From NCBI RefSeq assembly GCF_018977255.1, contig NW_024704742.1, positions 27,282,001 to 27,346,000 on the forward strand: a stretch of 64,000 nt of DNA, given 5' to 3'. This stretch comes from Callorhinchus milii (Eukaryota). This document shows, in pieces, positions 1-12,225 of this stretch (position 1 is the first letter of the stretch; the number at the start of each line of letters is the position of its first letter). The notes below the pieces were generated by a model. That model was not told the DNA's origin and made no database searches. It saw only the letters and a list, made by a program, of their open reading frames with translations. The translations under genes and the position numbers were made by a program.

Positions 1-272
1 TGGATGAGACAACTAATTGAGCAGAAAAGAGGCAAGTTTTTTTTTAACTGTGGGAATTACTTGCTCAGATCCAATTAAGTTGGTGAATTCCTCAGATGAT
101 TCTGTAATCTCGCTTTCTATTTATTCATTCCTTTTCAGAATTATTTAATTGATATCCATGGGTAATATAAGTGAATTAACTAAGGAATTAAAGTTATTTA
201 ATACGAAGGAGCTGACCAAAAATAGATAAAGTTGCCGTGAGTGCGTGCACTCACAGAAACCAACTCATTTCC

Positions 273-2213
273 ACAACAACAACAACAACAACAACAAGAT
301 TCCATTTATAAAGCGCCTTTCACGTCAGGAGGACGTCCCAAGGCGCTGCACAGTTGGGTCATGACCCGAGCAGGGGGGAAATGGTCAGGGTGAGGGGAGG
401 GAAGGGAGGGAGCGAGGAGGGGGAAGAGAGTCGAGAGGGGAGCTGAAGGCACGGTCAAAGAGAAAGGTTTTGAGACCGGCCTTGAAGGAGGAAAGGGAGG
501 AGGCGGCGAAGGCACTGGGGGATGGAGTTCCAGAGCCTGGGGCTGAGAGGCTGAAGGCTCGACCACCGATGGTAGGGCGGTTGGGGCGGGGGACGTGGAG
601 CAGACCGGAGCCAGAGGAACGGAGGGTACGGGCAGGTAGGTAGGGGGATAGTAGGTTGGAGAGGTAGGAGGGAGCAAGGCCGTGAATGGCCTTGTAGGTG
701 AGGATGAGGATCTTGAAATCAATCCTCTGGGGGATGGGGAGCCAGTGGAGGCGAGCGAGGGTGGGAGTGATGTGGTCCTGAAGCCTGGTGCGGGACAGTA
801 CACGAGCTGCAGAGTTCTGAATGACCTGCAGCTTGTGGAGGGAGGTGGCGGGAAGGCCGGCGAGGAGAGAGTTCCCATAGTCCAGCCTTGAGGTGACAAA
901 GGCGTGAACCAGGGTTTCAGCAGCGTGAGGGGTGAGGTAATGCCGTAGTCTGGCGATGTTCCGGAGGTGATGGAAGGCGGTGCCAGTTGTGGTGCGGATG
1001 TGAGGGAGAAAGGACAGCTCAGGGTCGAACAAAACGCCGAGGTTCCTGACTGGCTTTGAGAGGTGGAGAGTGCAGCCTTGGATGCTGATGGTGTCAGCGC
1101 CTGAGGTGCGGAGGCGCTGACGTGAGCCAATCAGGAGGGCCTCGGTTTTTCGCACGTTGAGCTGAAGAAAGTTGTCTCTCGTCCAGGACTCGATGTCGGA
1201 CAGGCAGGCTGTCAGGACATCGGTGGTCGTGGAGTTGAGAGTAGAGGAGGAAAGGTAGAGTTGGGTGTCATCCGCATACATGTGGAAGTTAACTCCATGT
1301 CTGCGGATGATGTCACCAAGGGGGAGCATATAGAGGGTGAAGAGGAGGGGACCGAGGACAGAGCCCTGAGGGACACCACATGAGACAGTGCGGGGGGTGG
1401 AGGAGAAGCCATTCGTCGAGACAAAGTGAAGACGGTGAGAAAGGTACGACCTAAACCATTCAAGGACAGTGCCTTGAAGGTTGAGGTGGGAGGACAAGCG
1501 GTGGAGTAGGATAGCGTGGTCGACCGTATCGAATGCTGCCGATAGGTCGAGGAGGACGAGGAGACAGAGGGAGCCCTGGTCACAGATGGTCAGGATATCA
1601 TTGGTGACCTTGACCAGGGCAGTTTCTGTGCTATGGGCAGCACGGAAACCTGACTGAAGGGGTTCGAAAAGAGAATGGGTGGAAAGGAAAGAGCGCAGTT
1701 GGGAGGCGACAACTCTTTCCAAGACCTTGGAGAGAAAGGGGAGGTTGGAGATGGGCCGGTAACTTGATAGCTGCGACGCATCAAGGGAGGGTTTTTTCAG
1801 GGTGGGCGTGATGATGGCAGTTTTTAATGGAATGGGGACAGAGCCAGAGGAGAGGGACAGGTTGATGATGTCAGTGATATGTGGGGCAAGAAAGTGGAGC
1901 TGGGAGATAAGGAGTGGAGTGGGGATGGGGTCAAGGGAGCAGGTGGTTGGTTTTAGGGATAGGATGAGTTCAGTGACAGAGGGTGGGGAAACGGGTACGA
2001 AGGTGTGTAGGGGAGGATGGGTAGGAGTCGGAGTGTGGGAGGGAAGGGGTGGGTGGTGGGTGGAAGTTGGAGGGGAAGTGACCGCGGAGCGGATTCCCTT
2101 GATCTTGGATTCAAGGAAATCCAGCATCTCCTCGCAGTGAAGGTTGGAGGAGATGACCTGCGCGGGGTGGCGGGGGGGACGGAGGAGTCGGGTTGTGGTG
2201 GAAAACAGTAGCC
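273..2213 (-). mobile_element. 5'-truncated L2-clade LINE, young copy with an open reverse transcriptase frame and (TTG)n tail
   Basis: ORF 385-2259 contains [63 protein letters not shown] and LHWLP. The 3' end reads GTGAAAGGCGCT..TAAATGGAATC(TTG)n, seen as (AAC)n at 273-298. The first ~15 codons of the ORF are flanking DNA. Confidence 0.95.
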
Positions 2214-2937
2214 TGAGTTCACTTTGCATATAAATAAACTCTAAATTTGAAGACTTCACTGTTTTTCCTGTTTTTATCTTGCTGTCCCCGTAATTTTTGC
2301 CCTCAGATCCTAATTCTGTGGGAAACGGCTCTTCACATCTATTATATCAAATTTCACCACATGTTTAAAACTGTAGGTGATGTTCTCTTCTCCAACCTTC
2401 ATCTCTGAAAACAGGTTGAGCTTTGTAGCTCCAGCAACTAGCTCAGCCATCTGAGACTCTGAACCATGCTTATTGTCTTCTTTTGAATGCATGAATCATT
2501 GCTGTCATTGACTGAATTTCACCAAAAGTGATCACAGATGATGGCGTTCTGAATGTCTCAGGTGACTGCATGATCCAGTTACACATACCTCCTTGTTTGT
2601 CCAATATATCCAACCCATCTGTCACATTGATGTCTTTTGAGAGGCTGACAGAAATATCACAGACTTGTGATCCAATGCTAAACCACAACAAGATGGAACA
2701 TATTTGTCTTGCAAGAACTATACTGTACACCTTCAAAATCTAAATATCAAAATCTAATTTTCAAAACAGCTCTGACTATCTTTCATTGTCTCTCTCCTCT
2801 GCTTAGTTTTGCAACACCGGCACTGGAGTCATTAGCAATGCTACGACCCATATTACTTGCTCATGAAAGATACTATGCCACTGATTAAAATAACAGATAT
2901 ATAAAACAGATGCTACATTGTAAATCAATTGATTTTT

Positions 2938-3410
2938 TGGGGGTCAGCTGGGTAGCTGGCACATGCGGAAGCCCATCACCATGTTCAAGAGATTCCCAAT
3001 CAGAATGTGAGTTCCACATATGTATGCCACCTACACACGGGAATCTTATCTGTATTTAAGAACATAAGAATTAGGAGCAAGAGTAGGCCATTCGGCATCT
3101 CGAGCCTGCCCCGCCATTTGATAAGATCATGGCTGATCTTCAGACCTAACTCTAATTACCTGCCCTATCCCCATTTCCCCTAATCCCTCTGTTTTTTTAA
3201 AAATCTATCAGTCTCAGCCTCCATTTGAAATGGAGTGAGCATTCTCCCACAGAGGGCTTCCAGAAAATATTAGATGCAGGTTGGTAAGAAACAAAGCTTA
3301 GGATCCCCAGACTGTGTGTTAGGGTACTGCTGGAGTTCAACCAGTTAAGAAGTTAAACTTATCATTGTAAGCTTCCCGTTGCTTGTCCAGCTAGGATAAC
3401 CCTACCTCCG
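2938..3410 (+). repeat. Copy of an unclassified ~0.5 kb dispersed repeat, interrupted by a CR1 3' fragment
   Basis: Shares GGGTCAGC..GGCACATG..GAA.CCCATCACC and AAGCTT.GGA.CCCCAGACTGTG..TTAGGGTA.TGCTGGAG blocks with the copies at 11850-12225, 13500-14095, 47070-47560 and 53452-53590. Confidence 0.65.
3059..3221 (-). mobile_element. CR1 LINE 3' end fragment
   Basis: Reverse complement matches the 3' UTR and tail of the CR1 at 62715-62874 (GATCAGCCATGATCTTATC..GAATGGCCTACTC.TGCTCCTAATTCTTATGTTC). Confidence 0.9.
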
Positions 3411-5939
3411 ATACTTCTACTGATTGAAAGTGGGAAGCTTCAGAAGGTAGATTGAAATGGAGTTGCAGAGGAAGGAAGTTCCAGAGCTTCGGGAACTCGT
3501 TTCTGAGAGTTGTGAGTGCTGACAAGGAAATACATGAGCATATTTACCGCATTGTTTATACACTTTAATAAAATGGAAAGCTTTCCAATTGCAGTAATGA
3601 CCATATGCTTTTTGTGCACAGATGAACATGTGAGATTGAATCCAGGTTTGCTGGATCAATGCAATGGATCCCAAGCAGGATTCAAATTGTTTTCAGAATC
3701 ATGAATATCTTGTTGATGTCAGTGTCATAACACTGGTTTTATTTGATAAGCAGTTTGCAGTGGCGAAGATGGTAGACTGGGTAATCTTGGAGTATCATCT
3801 TGCAACTGATGCCAATAGCCTTAAAGGTTAACTCGGGGTAGCTTTTCCAATCTCAGATACTCTGGAAGAACTATTATTTCTGTAGGATGTCTTGCTTGCA
3901 CAGCAATGTTTCGAGCATGACATCTTGGTCAAAGGATTTTTGGTAAATTAATCTTTAAGTCAATTATGGCTGAAGTGTTCTATCTCTCATCTCATGGACA
4001 ATTGCAGAATGACATAGTCTTTTATATTGCCAAGTCTGCTTCTTTCCTTTGAACAGGTTTCTTTTCAGCTCTAACCTTTATTTCTTTACTATTTTAATTA
4101 TTCTCTATAGTGCTCAATCTATTCTACATTTTCAAATCTCTAAAGGTGTCTGAAAATTGCAGATATGTCCTTTACTTGTCTATATTCCTTCAGGGCATCA
4201 TTGTTCTCATGGACATTTTTAAAAATCTGTATAAAATTCAATTTCTCAATGTTTTAACTCCCCTGTATTCCAGCCTACCCATTGTGTTGTACAACCTCTT
4301 GGAATCTCCTTTGCAAAGTTAAACGGTAGTATCGTACAAAGAACTTTGTAGGTCCTGGCCTCAAATATATAGCTTTTATGTTTAAATGAATTTTTGGAGA
4401 CTTTGGAAAACTTGGGCGTCAAAGATCAATTGTCTCTTTTGATGAGGAGTCTAAGCAAACCTTGTCACAGTTTCCAAAACTGCAGCTAAATTCTACTATG
4501 ATTTTGTTAACATTTCTGTTAAGATATTTCTTGATAGGGGACACTGGATTCACATTTCCAATGTCCTATCCTCCAAACATTAGAGGGGCCATAGATAAGC
4601 AACTGCTCACGATTTCACAGAATTCCACAAATCTACGAAATACAGCCTGCAGTAATATGTTCAAATGCTAATGATTTTGCAGAACATATATATGGACTTA
4701 GAATTGTTTTTCTAAACTACACATCTAACAATGATATAAATTTGTTATAAATAAGGCAGTTATTGATGAATAATGTTAACAATATGTATTCCTTTTTTAC
4801 AGTCAAGACGCAAATTATATCCAGGATTTAGACCTGTTATCAATGCTATCATATATATATGTGAATTGTTTCATTAATGCCTGATTCGAATGAATATTAC
4901 TGGAGTTTAGTGCCTTGATATTCTTGTACCATTATACATTATTATGCATGATATTTGCATATGAGAAATGCAAACACATCCTTGTTGTAAAAAATGACTA
5001 ATGACAAACTGACTTTAATTCTAGATATATGTGGTGAAATTTGAAGTATTCCTTAACATGTTCCTTAAAGTATCACATTAGTTCCTAACATTTATTATGG
5101 GAGGTGAACATTGCCAGCTTCACACTGAACCTATAATTCCCAGATTGGCTACTAGTCCTTCCTCCCTCCCACCTCCCTCCTCTCCCCACCCCTAATGCTC
5201 CAATTTGTTTGGATGACAAAGGCCCTTTGGCCCATTGATCTCATCCTTCCAGAATACCCAGTCTACCGTCAAACTGATCTGCCACTATCTTGTATTTTTC
5301 AGTTTTAAGGGACAGTTTTGGTTTTTGATCTTAGGTACATTTTATTTTTGTTTCATACATAGTTTTTGAGCAACATCTTTATGCGAGTGGTAAAAGTTGA
5401 TAAAAGCATTATCCGGGTTTCGGCAACACTCGAGGAATGGGAAGGTTGGGACAGTGCCCCCAATGTAAGTAAGGAAACGTATAATATAATAATAATCCTT
5501 ACATTTGATATAGCGCCTTATCATGTCTTCGAACGTCTCAAAGCGCTTCACAGAATATACAGTGAATTGGCTGTATTTTATGGGTGAAATGCAGATAAGT
5601 AATAAATGGATAAAGATTGAGGCATAACTTGTGGACCTCCAACTCCAATGTGCAGAAACCGTTTGAAACTGTTTACTTGCAAAGATACACATTAGTCAAG
5701 GGACAAATCTAAGGGACAGATGTACTGACAAATACAGTAAGCCAATGCATACTGTATTTGTCAGTACTTTCCTATCTCATCCAATTTAACCAAGATCCTT
5801 ATCTATGCCTTCATTACGTTGAGACTGGTGGTGAAATTCTGATTGACATTATGCTTTATGGGCAATTATAATTGGCAAATCCCATTAATAGCGACATTGT
5901 CGGTACTACACATAATGCCAACCAGAATTTGAACCAAGT

Positions 5940-8052
5940 GCTCTCATTGCAGCCTCCCGAGTTTCACTCTTCAAATCATACAAAACACTAACCTTCTTAT
6001 CTCCCACACCAGGCTTTGCACCTCCATCATTGCCAAGCGCAACTGACTTGGATCAACTTCAAGGTTATGTTCCAAACCTTCAAATCCCTTCCTGATCTTG
6101 CCTTTCTCTACCTCTTCAATCTCCCCAGCCTTGTACTTCTGCCGAGTTACCTCCCCTCCTTCAACTGTGTTCCGTTGTTTGTTCTTCACCATTGGTGGCG
6201 AAGCCTTCAATCACACTACTCAGATACTCTGTTTCAAAGTCCCTTCCTGGTCATGGACTTCCTTATCTCTAAAATTGACAACATCTGCCTGGGCAGCTTC
6301 ATCCCTCTGTCCCGCGTCGCCTACCACCATCCCCATTCCATCTCTCTCACCCACCCTACCCTCAGCTCCTATCATGGTTCCCATTCTTTATTCATTTTCC
6401 CCTATCTCTATTTCCTCCCTCTCATCCACCATCAGCACAATGAAACCCACCACTTGCTGCCTCGACCCCCTCCCCACCCAACTGCTGCTCACTCAGCTTC
6501 TCAACCCTTCCTCTGCCCACTGCTGGCAGACACTATTAACCAGTCTCTCTTCCCCAGATCAGTCCCACTCCCCTTCAAACCTGCCGTCATCACCCCCTCC
6601 TTAAAAAAACCTTCCCTCGATCCCTCCAACCTCGGGCACTGCTGCCCTATCTCAAACCTGCTCTTCAATGACAAATCTCTGGAACGCATTGTTGCCGACT
6701 AACTTTGCGCACACCTCTCCCTCTACACCCTACTCAAACCCCTCCAGTCTGGTTTCTGCCCTGCTCACAGTACAGAGAAAGCGCTCATGAAGGTCACAAA
6801 CGATATCCTCTCTATCTGTGACCAGGGCATCCTCTGCCTCCTCGTCTTCCTGGACCTCTCTGCCGCTTTTGACACAGTCAATTACGCTATCCTCCTCCAC
6901 CGCCTGTCTTCCATCATCCATCTCAGTGGGACCATACTCGCTTGATTCGAGTCCTACCTTACAAACTGCCAGCACTACATTTCTGCAAATGGCTTTTCTT
7001 CGCGCTTCCACCCGATCACCTGTGGGGTACCCCAAGGCTCCATCCTTGGACCTCTGCTCTTCCTCATCTATATGCTCCCTCTCGTTGATGTCATCCACAG
7101 ACACGGGGTTAACTTCTACATGTATCGGATGACACTCAACTCTACTTTTCCACCTCCAGCTGCGACCCCCAGTCCCCTGATGTTCTGTCAGCTTGTCTGT
7201 TGAACATCAGGAGCTGGATGAGTGCAAATTTTCTGCAGCTAAATATCAACAAAATGGAAGCCATACACTTTGGCTCCCGCTGACATCTTCTGTCCCACGG
7301 TTCCGACCTCCTCAACCTACCCGACCTGTCCTTAAAATTTTCCGAACCCGTGCGCAACTTAGGCATCAGGTTCGATCCCCAGTTATCCTTCCTCCCCCAC
7401 ATCTGGTCCCTGAGCAGCACCGCCTTCTTCCACCTCTGCCACATTACCCGTCTCTGACAATAACTCATCCCAAAAACTGCCGAAACCCTTGTCCATGCTT
7501 TTGTCACCTCTTGGCTGGACTCTAACACTCTCCTTTCCGGTCTCCCCTCCTCCACTATTAATAAAATGCAACTCATTCAAAACTCGCCGCTCGCATTCTC
7601 ACCCGCATCAAACTTCGTCCCCGATTACTCTAGTCCTTGCCAAACTCCACTGGCTCCCTGTCACAGAGTGGATCGACTTCAAAATCCTCATTCTAGTGTT
7701 TAAATCCCTCCATTCCTTGGCATCCCCCCTATCTCTCTAACCTCCTCTCTCCCCACAGCAGCTACCTCCCCTCTACTGGGTCCGGTCTCCTCCGTGTCCC
7801 CTGAATCTTCCGCTCCATCATCGGTGGCTGTGTCTTCAGCCACTACGCCCCGAAACCTTGGAACTCCCTCCCTCAACCCCTTCGCCTTGTCCCCTCCTTC
7901 CCCATCTTCAGATCGTGCCTGAAGACCTTCCTTTTCGACTGTGCATACAGTGACCTTCCCCTTCCCCCTGGCTGACCCTGGGCTCCACTGTTGTTAAGGG
8001 CTCTGAGACGCGGCCCAGCGTGTAGGGAGCTACATAAGTACAAGTTGTTGTG
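5940..8052 (+). mobile_element. Older, frameshifted L2 LINE copy
   Basis: Fragmented frames encode MKPTTCCLDPLPTQLL, FKPAVITPSLKKPSLDPSNL..CPISNL, PLQSGF..AHSTEKAL, GVPQGSILGPLLF and LHWLP. Ends in an L2-type tail ...AAGTTGTTG. Confidence 0.9.
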
Positions 8053-10429
8053 TTTCCTCTTTCTGCTTTTAAAACCATTTTAAAAAAAACATATCTATTT
8101 GACTGTAGCTTCAGACAGCAAACGCAAACTCTCCCCCTATTCTCCCTGCTCAGAGTCACAGCGCCAGTGCCACACTTTGAAACATTCATCCTACATGAGA
8201 GGCACTAAATAAGTGCATGTCGTTGCCAGTGGCGCGAGTACGACAATTGATATGGAACATAATACAATACTTCACCCACAATCTTTTAATTTCTTCCTCC
8301 TCCTCTTCTCAGTAGATATTTTTATGTATTCCGAGTCTCAATTTCTCAGTCACCTTTTCCTGAAGTTTCAGTGAAAGAGAATGCAGACATCCCCAAATTC
8401 TATTTTAAGAAACCCAGTGTTTTGGCAGCCCTATTTTAACCCGCTTTGTTATGATTTTTGATGATAATGATTATTTGATCACAGAGAATTTGGTTATAAC
8501 CCGGATCATTGCGGCGCGTTTTGGTACAGCGCGTACAGGATTTACTGTAAAGTGTAGTGACGCGCTTTGGTAAGTAAGCACAGCAGCGAATACTTGCGTC
8601 ACCAATGTTCCACAAACAGCCATGAAGTGAAATCAATTGAGAGAATTCAAGACGTGAGGCAAATAGATACTTGGGAAGTAGAAAACTCAGAAACTTTGGC
8701 AAGAAAGCAGGGAAATGAGATTAGGGCAGGTAGGAAAAAATGCAGTAATGTCAAGGAATGGGCTGTGGAGGAGCAAACTCAGTGAGTCTAATGGTCTTCT
8801 CCTTACTCAGAATTACATAGAATAATGCAGCACGGAAACATGTCATTCAACCTAACTAGTCCATATTGGTAGTTATGCCCACAAAATACACAGTCATTCC
8901 ACTTTACAGTATATCCTTTGTAGCTTTCAGAGACATCTCAACACATGATAAGGTGCCTTGTTAAATGCAAGGATTATAATTATATTATTATAAACCCCAC
9001 ACGTGCCTCCATCTCAATGTGATCTTGATCCAGTGTTGTAGAAATCACAAGGGAGATTTGTACGAAGAAGGTCTTTTGGACCATCTGATCTCATCCTTCC
9101 AGAATACCCACCCTAATCCTAATCCTCTCTCCCTACCCCACTATTCCCTTCTCGATCATGTAATGCATTTCTTCCTGAATTTCAAACAGACAGCCATATA
9201 CTTGATTCTAATTCTTTGCAAAGATTGCAATGATATTAACTGTTATTAATTCCTTTAGAGTCACTAAGTGCAATGAGCTGCTGCAAAATTCCATCATTGC
9301 ATCGCAGCTCCTTTCTCACATCCACTTACTTCTATATTTATTCCTTTAAATATTCTCAAATACATTTTGCCTGGTGTAGGTGCTTCACAAACATTTGAAT
9401 ACTCCAGTTTTTAAATTGCCATTTTATTGCTGATTGCTATTTCTCCACCACCACCGATGCATTTGCTGCCACTCAAGTTGTCAGCTTGGGGAAGCTACCC
9501 ATGTTTTTTATAGTAAATTTAGGAACCAGATTCCGCACCCCTGGGCATTGCAATGTGCTTACAAAATAATTGCTTAGTGCTTAACCAGTTAATTGACTAC
9601 TCTGCTTGCAACTTGGGCTTGCAGATTCTTCTCATTCCATTAATCCATTCTAATTACTAAGCTCCCAATTTAGGGACCACACAACAATCAAGATAATACA
9701 TTTAAGCTTTATTTTGTCCCCAATACATTTTGACGACGTGATAAGGCACTATATCAGAAAATATCAAATGCAAGGATTGTAAATTTAACACTAATTTGCA
9801 AAACAAGTCAATCTCTAGTGGTTTCTAAATAACCAAGCTACTGGATATACAGTAATGAAAGCAATCGAACAAAAAGAGCAGTTGTCCAGTGGGTTGATGC
9901 TACAAGAATTGCTGTAAATGCAAAAATGTACAATGCAATAACTGCAAACTAATTCCTCAATGCCTTAATACAATAATATTAATCTACAGCAATGAAAATA
10001 TCTTGACACAGGCTTAGCACCTTTTACAAACGTGGTTGATTCACAGAGCTGTAATTTAGACAAGGTTGTCCTTGATTTTGGATGTGATCTGGGAGCATCT
10101 TTTGAAAAACACGCCACTAATTTACTCTGCAAGCTTTTTGAGTTTGACATACCACTTGAACTTTACGTGGGAACAGAGTTGTGAGGTTCTATTGATTTTG
10201 TTTTTTACTGGAACAGATTATATCGCACAAGGTGGGGGAATGATATTGAGATAGAGATAGAAAGTGAGAAATCCCAGAATAACCAGTGGGTGAACGGACT
10301 ATATAAAGTGGTGTTAAGTCACACTGAAAGGCTAATTAACTAATTTGTGCAGAGCTTGTCAATCTCACCTGGAATCAGATTGATACAGTGGCCTTAGTTA
10401 TGTCTGAAGGGAAATAAGCAGAGGGTAGT

Positions 10430-10955
10430 GGTTAGAGGTGGATCAAAATGGAGAGAGAAACTGAGTGTTTCAGAGGTCTGAACTGGCCCCTCTCTAGTTC
10501 CTTGAATACACAAATGATCTGGATTCACAAATCCAGTGTGAGGTAGCTCAATTAAGTTGTGTGGGAAGTGGGACATGTAATCCGAAAAGGTAGCCAAGGT
10601 TTTACAAAGAGAGCTTGACAGGGAATGCATGTGGACTGATGACTGGAAAATTAAGTTCAATAAAAATAAATGCTAGGTACTACACAGAGGAAATAAGAAT
10701 AGGAAACACATACAACAACATGCATTTATATAGTGGCCCTCACGCAGGGTAGCATCCCAGAGGACTTGCACTCCACGAACGGGATAGAATTTGCTAAGAG
10801 GAAATCTAAAAGTGATGTAGAGGGGTTAGGGGTTTTGGGACTGCAACGGGAGTGTGTTAGCGTGGGTATTCTGGAAGAATGAGATCATATGGTTCAAAAG
10901 GCCTTCTTCATAAAATCTCCCTCGTGATTTCTACAACAGTGGATCAAGATCACTT
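10430..10955 (+). mobile_element. Old CR1 fragment (RT C-terminus plus 3' end)
   Basis: Translates to AKVLQRELDR..WTDDWKIKFNKNKC*VLHRG, the CR1 LQxDLDR..W..FN..KC motif. Followed by a 3'-end block that also occurs inverted at 9019-9115. Confidence 0.7.
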
Positions 10956-11312
10956 TGGGTGATGTTCCACAAAGCTCAATGATTTGCCAATCTCAAATTA
11001 GGTCCCTTCACAGCTCTCTTTCTGTGTTTGGCCTGTGCTAACAAGTAACGGGATTCACTTTTAAATCAAACTCCTAATTGTCAGCCCAGCATGAATTTCA
11101 TGAATATTCAAATCCATTAGGAGTTTAAATATGCAATTCTTGAGCAACTCTTTCTTAATCAATTTTAATGAGCCTAATGATTTTTTTTCTGGTAAGGATC
11201 CTAGGGAACTAATCTAAACTTTCCACAACTCACTTAAAATAAAAAAGATCGTCTTTATGTGCAATACAATATTCTGTTGTTTTTGGTTGGAGTTGCACTT
11301 TTTTTATATATT

Positions 11313-11633
11313 GTGGCCTGGCTCACTTGATAGCTCTCTTGCCTCTGAGTCAGAAAGCTGTGGGTTCAATTTCTACTTCGGGACTTGTAACCCACATAGT
11401 CTATTCTGACACTTCACTGCAGTGCTGGGGTTTTGCTGCATTGTTTGACCTGAAGTCCTTTGGATGAGATGTTAAACCAAGGTCCCATCTGTCTATTCAG
11501 GTGAACATTAAAGATCGCATCAAAAAGCGAAAGGAGTTTCCCCCTGGCGTCCTGGCCAACAATTCCCCCAAATAAAATTGGTCACTTACTCCATGGTGTT
11601 TGTGAGACATTGCTGTGGACAAATTGGCTGCTG
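11313..11633 (+). mobile_element. DeuSINE-type SINE (tRNA-like head, Deu domain; AmnSINE1/SacSINE1-related)
   Basis: tRNA-like head TGGCTCA..GCCTCTGAGTCAGAA..GTGGGTTCAA, followed by the Deu-domain GTCCTTTGGATGAGATGTTAAACC..TAAAGATC..GTCCTGGCCAA. Confidence 0.8.
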
Positions 11634-11849
11634 GTTCTCAGTATTACTGGAAATAGGGGCTATCCAAATAAAAAAATATTCGGATAGCCAAAGCATATCT
11701 GCTTATTATCCACGACAGTGTTTGAAAATAGGGAAAAAAGATGGGAATGGTCTGTAGGTGTGTAATTTGTTAGGGAATTTTATATTTTGAAATGTGTGAC
11801 TGCATTAAGCAATAAAGCAGTAGGCATAGTATTTAATTGCATCTCAACA

Positions 11850-12225
11850 GCACCCAACCCAGCTCCTGCTAACTCTGCTAACCAAAACTATAAAGGTTAG
11901 GGTGGTCCAAGCTGTACAAGCTTGCCAGGCAGTGTTGACACATAGCAAATTATGTGATTTTAGCTGGTTCAAAAGGCAATAGCTGGTTCACTCCAGCAAT
12001 ACCCCAATGCACAGTCTGGTATCCCCAAGCCTTGTCTCTCCAACCTGTGCATTGTACTCTCTGGAATTAGGCAAGCAGGCTGGGTCACTCTCGGGGGAGA
12101 GTGCACATTTCATTCCAGATACAGGGAATTTTCCAAATGTTGGTAACATGCATGGAACTCTGTTTTGGATACTCTTAAGCAAAATGATGAGTTTCTGCAT
12201 GTCAGACACCCAGCTGACCCCCACA
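11850..12225 (-). repeat. Copy of the unclassified dispersed repeat
   Basis: Reverse complement of the 47070-47420 copy (AAGCTTGCCAGGCAGTG, CTCCAGCAATACCCCAATGCAC, CCCCAAGCCTTG, CTCTGGAATTAGG). Confidence 0.7.

Larger units (their letters stand above)
2214..4670 (-). pseudogene. Decayed coding-like sequence; candidate endogenous viral element (RNA-virus L-protein-like), interrupted by later repeats at ~2938-3510
   Basis: Long minus-strand frames with sparse stops: LNILLQAVFRRFVEFCEIVSSCLSMAPLMFGG*...NIKAIYLRPGPTKFFVRYYRLTLQRRFQEVVQHN; ...ARHPTEIIVLPEYLRLEKLPRVNL*GYWHQLQDDTPRLPSLPSSPLQTAYQIK; plus ORFs 2470-2736 and 2310-2492. No TE motifs recognised. Identity is by-eye inference. Confidence 0.35.

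Noticed and set aside
306..1130. Ser/Pro-rich 274-aa ORF, and similar ORFs at 32952-33809 and 34233-34862
   Set aside because: These are alternative reading frames of C-rich L2 sequence.
2575..2625. DGLDILDKQGGMC resembling a retroviral env immunosuppressive domain
   Set aside because: No preceding QNR, no CX6CC and no following transmembrane helix.
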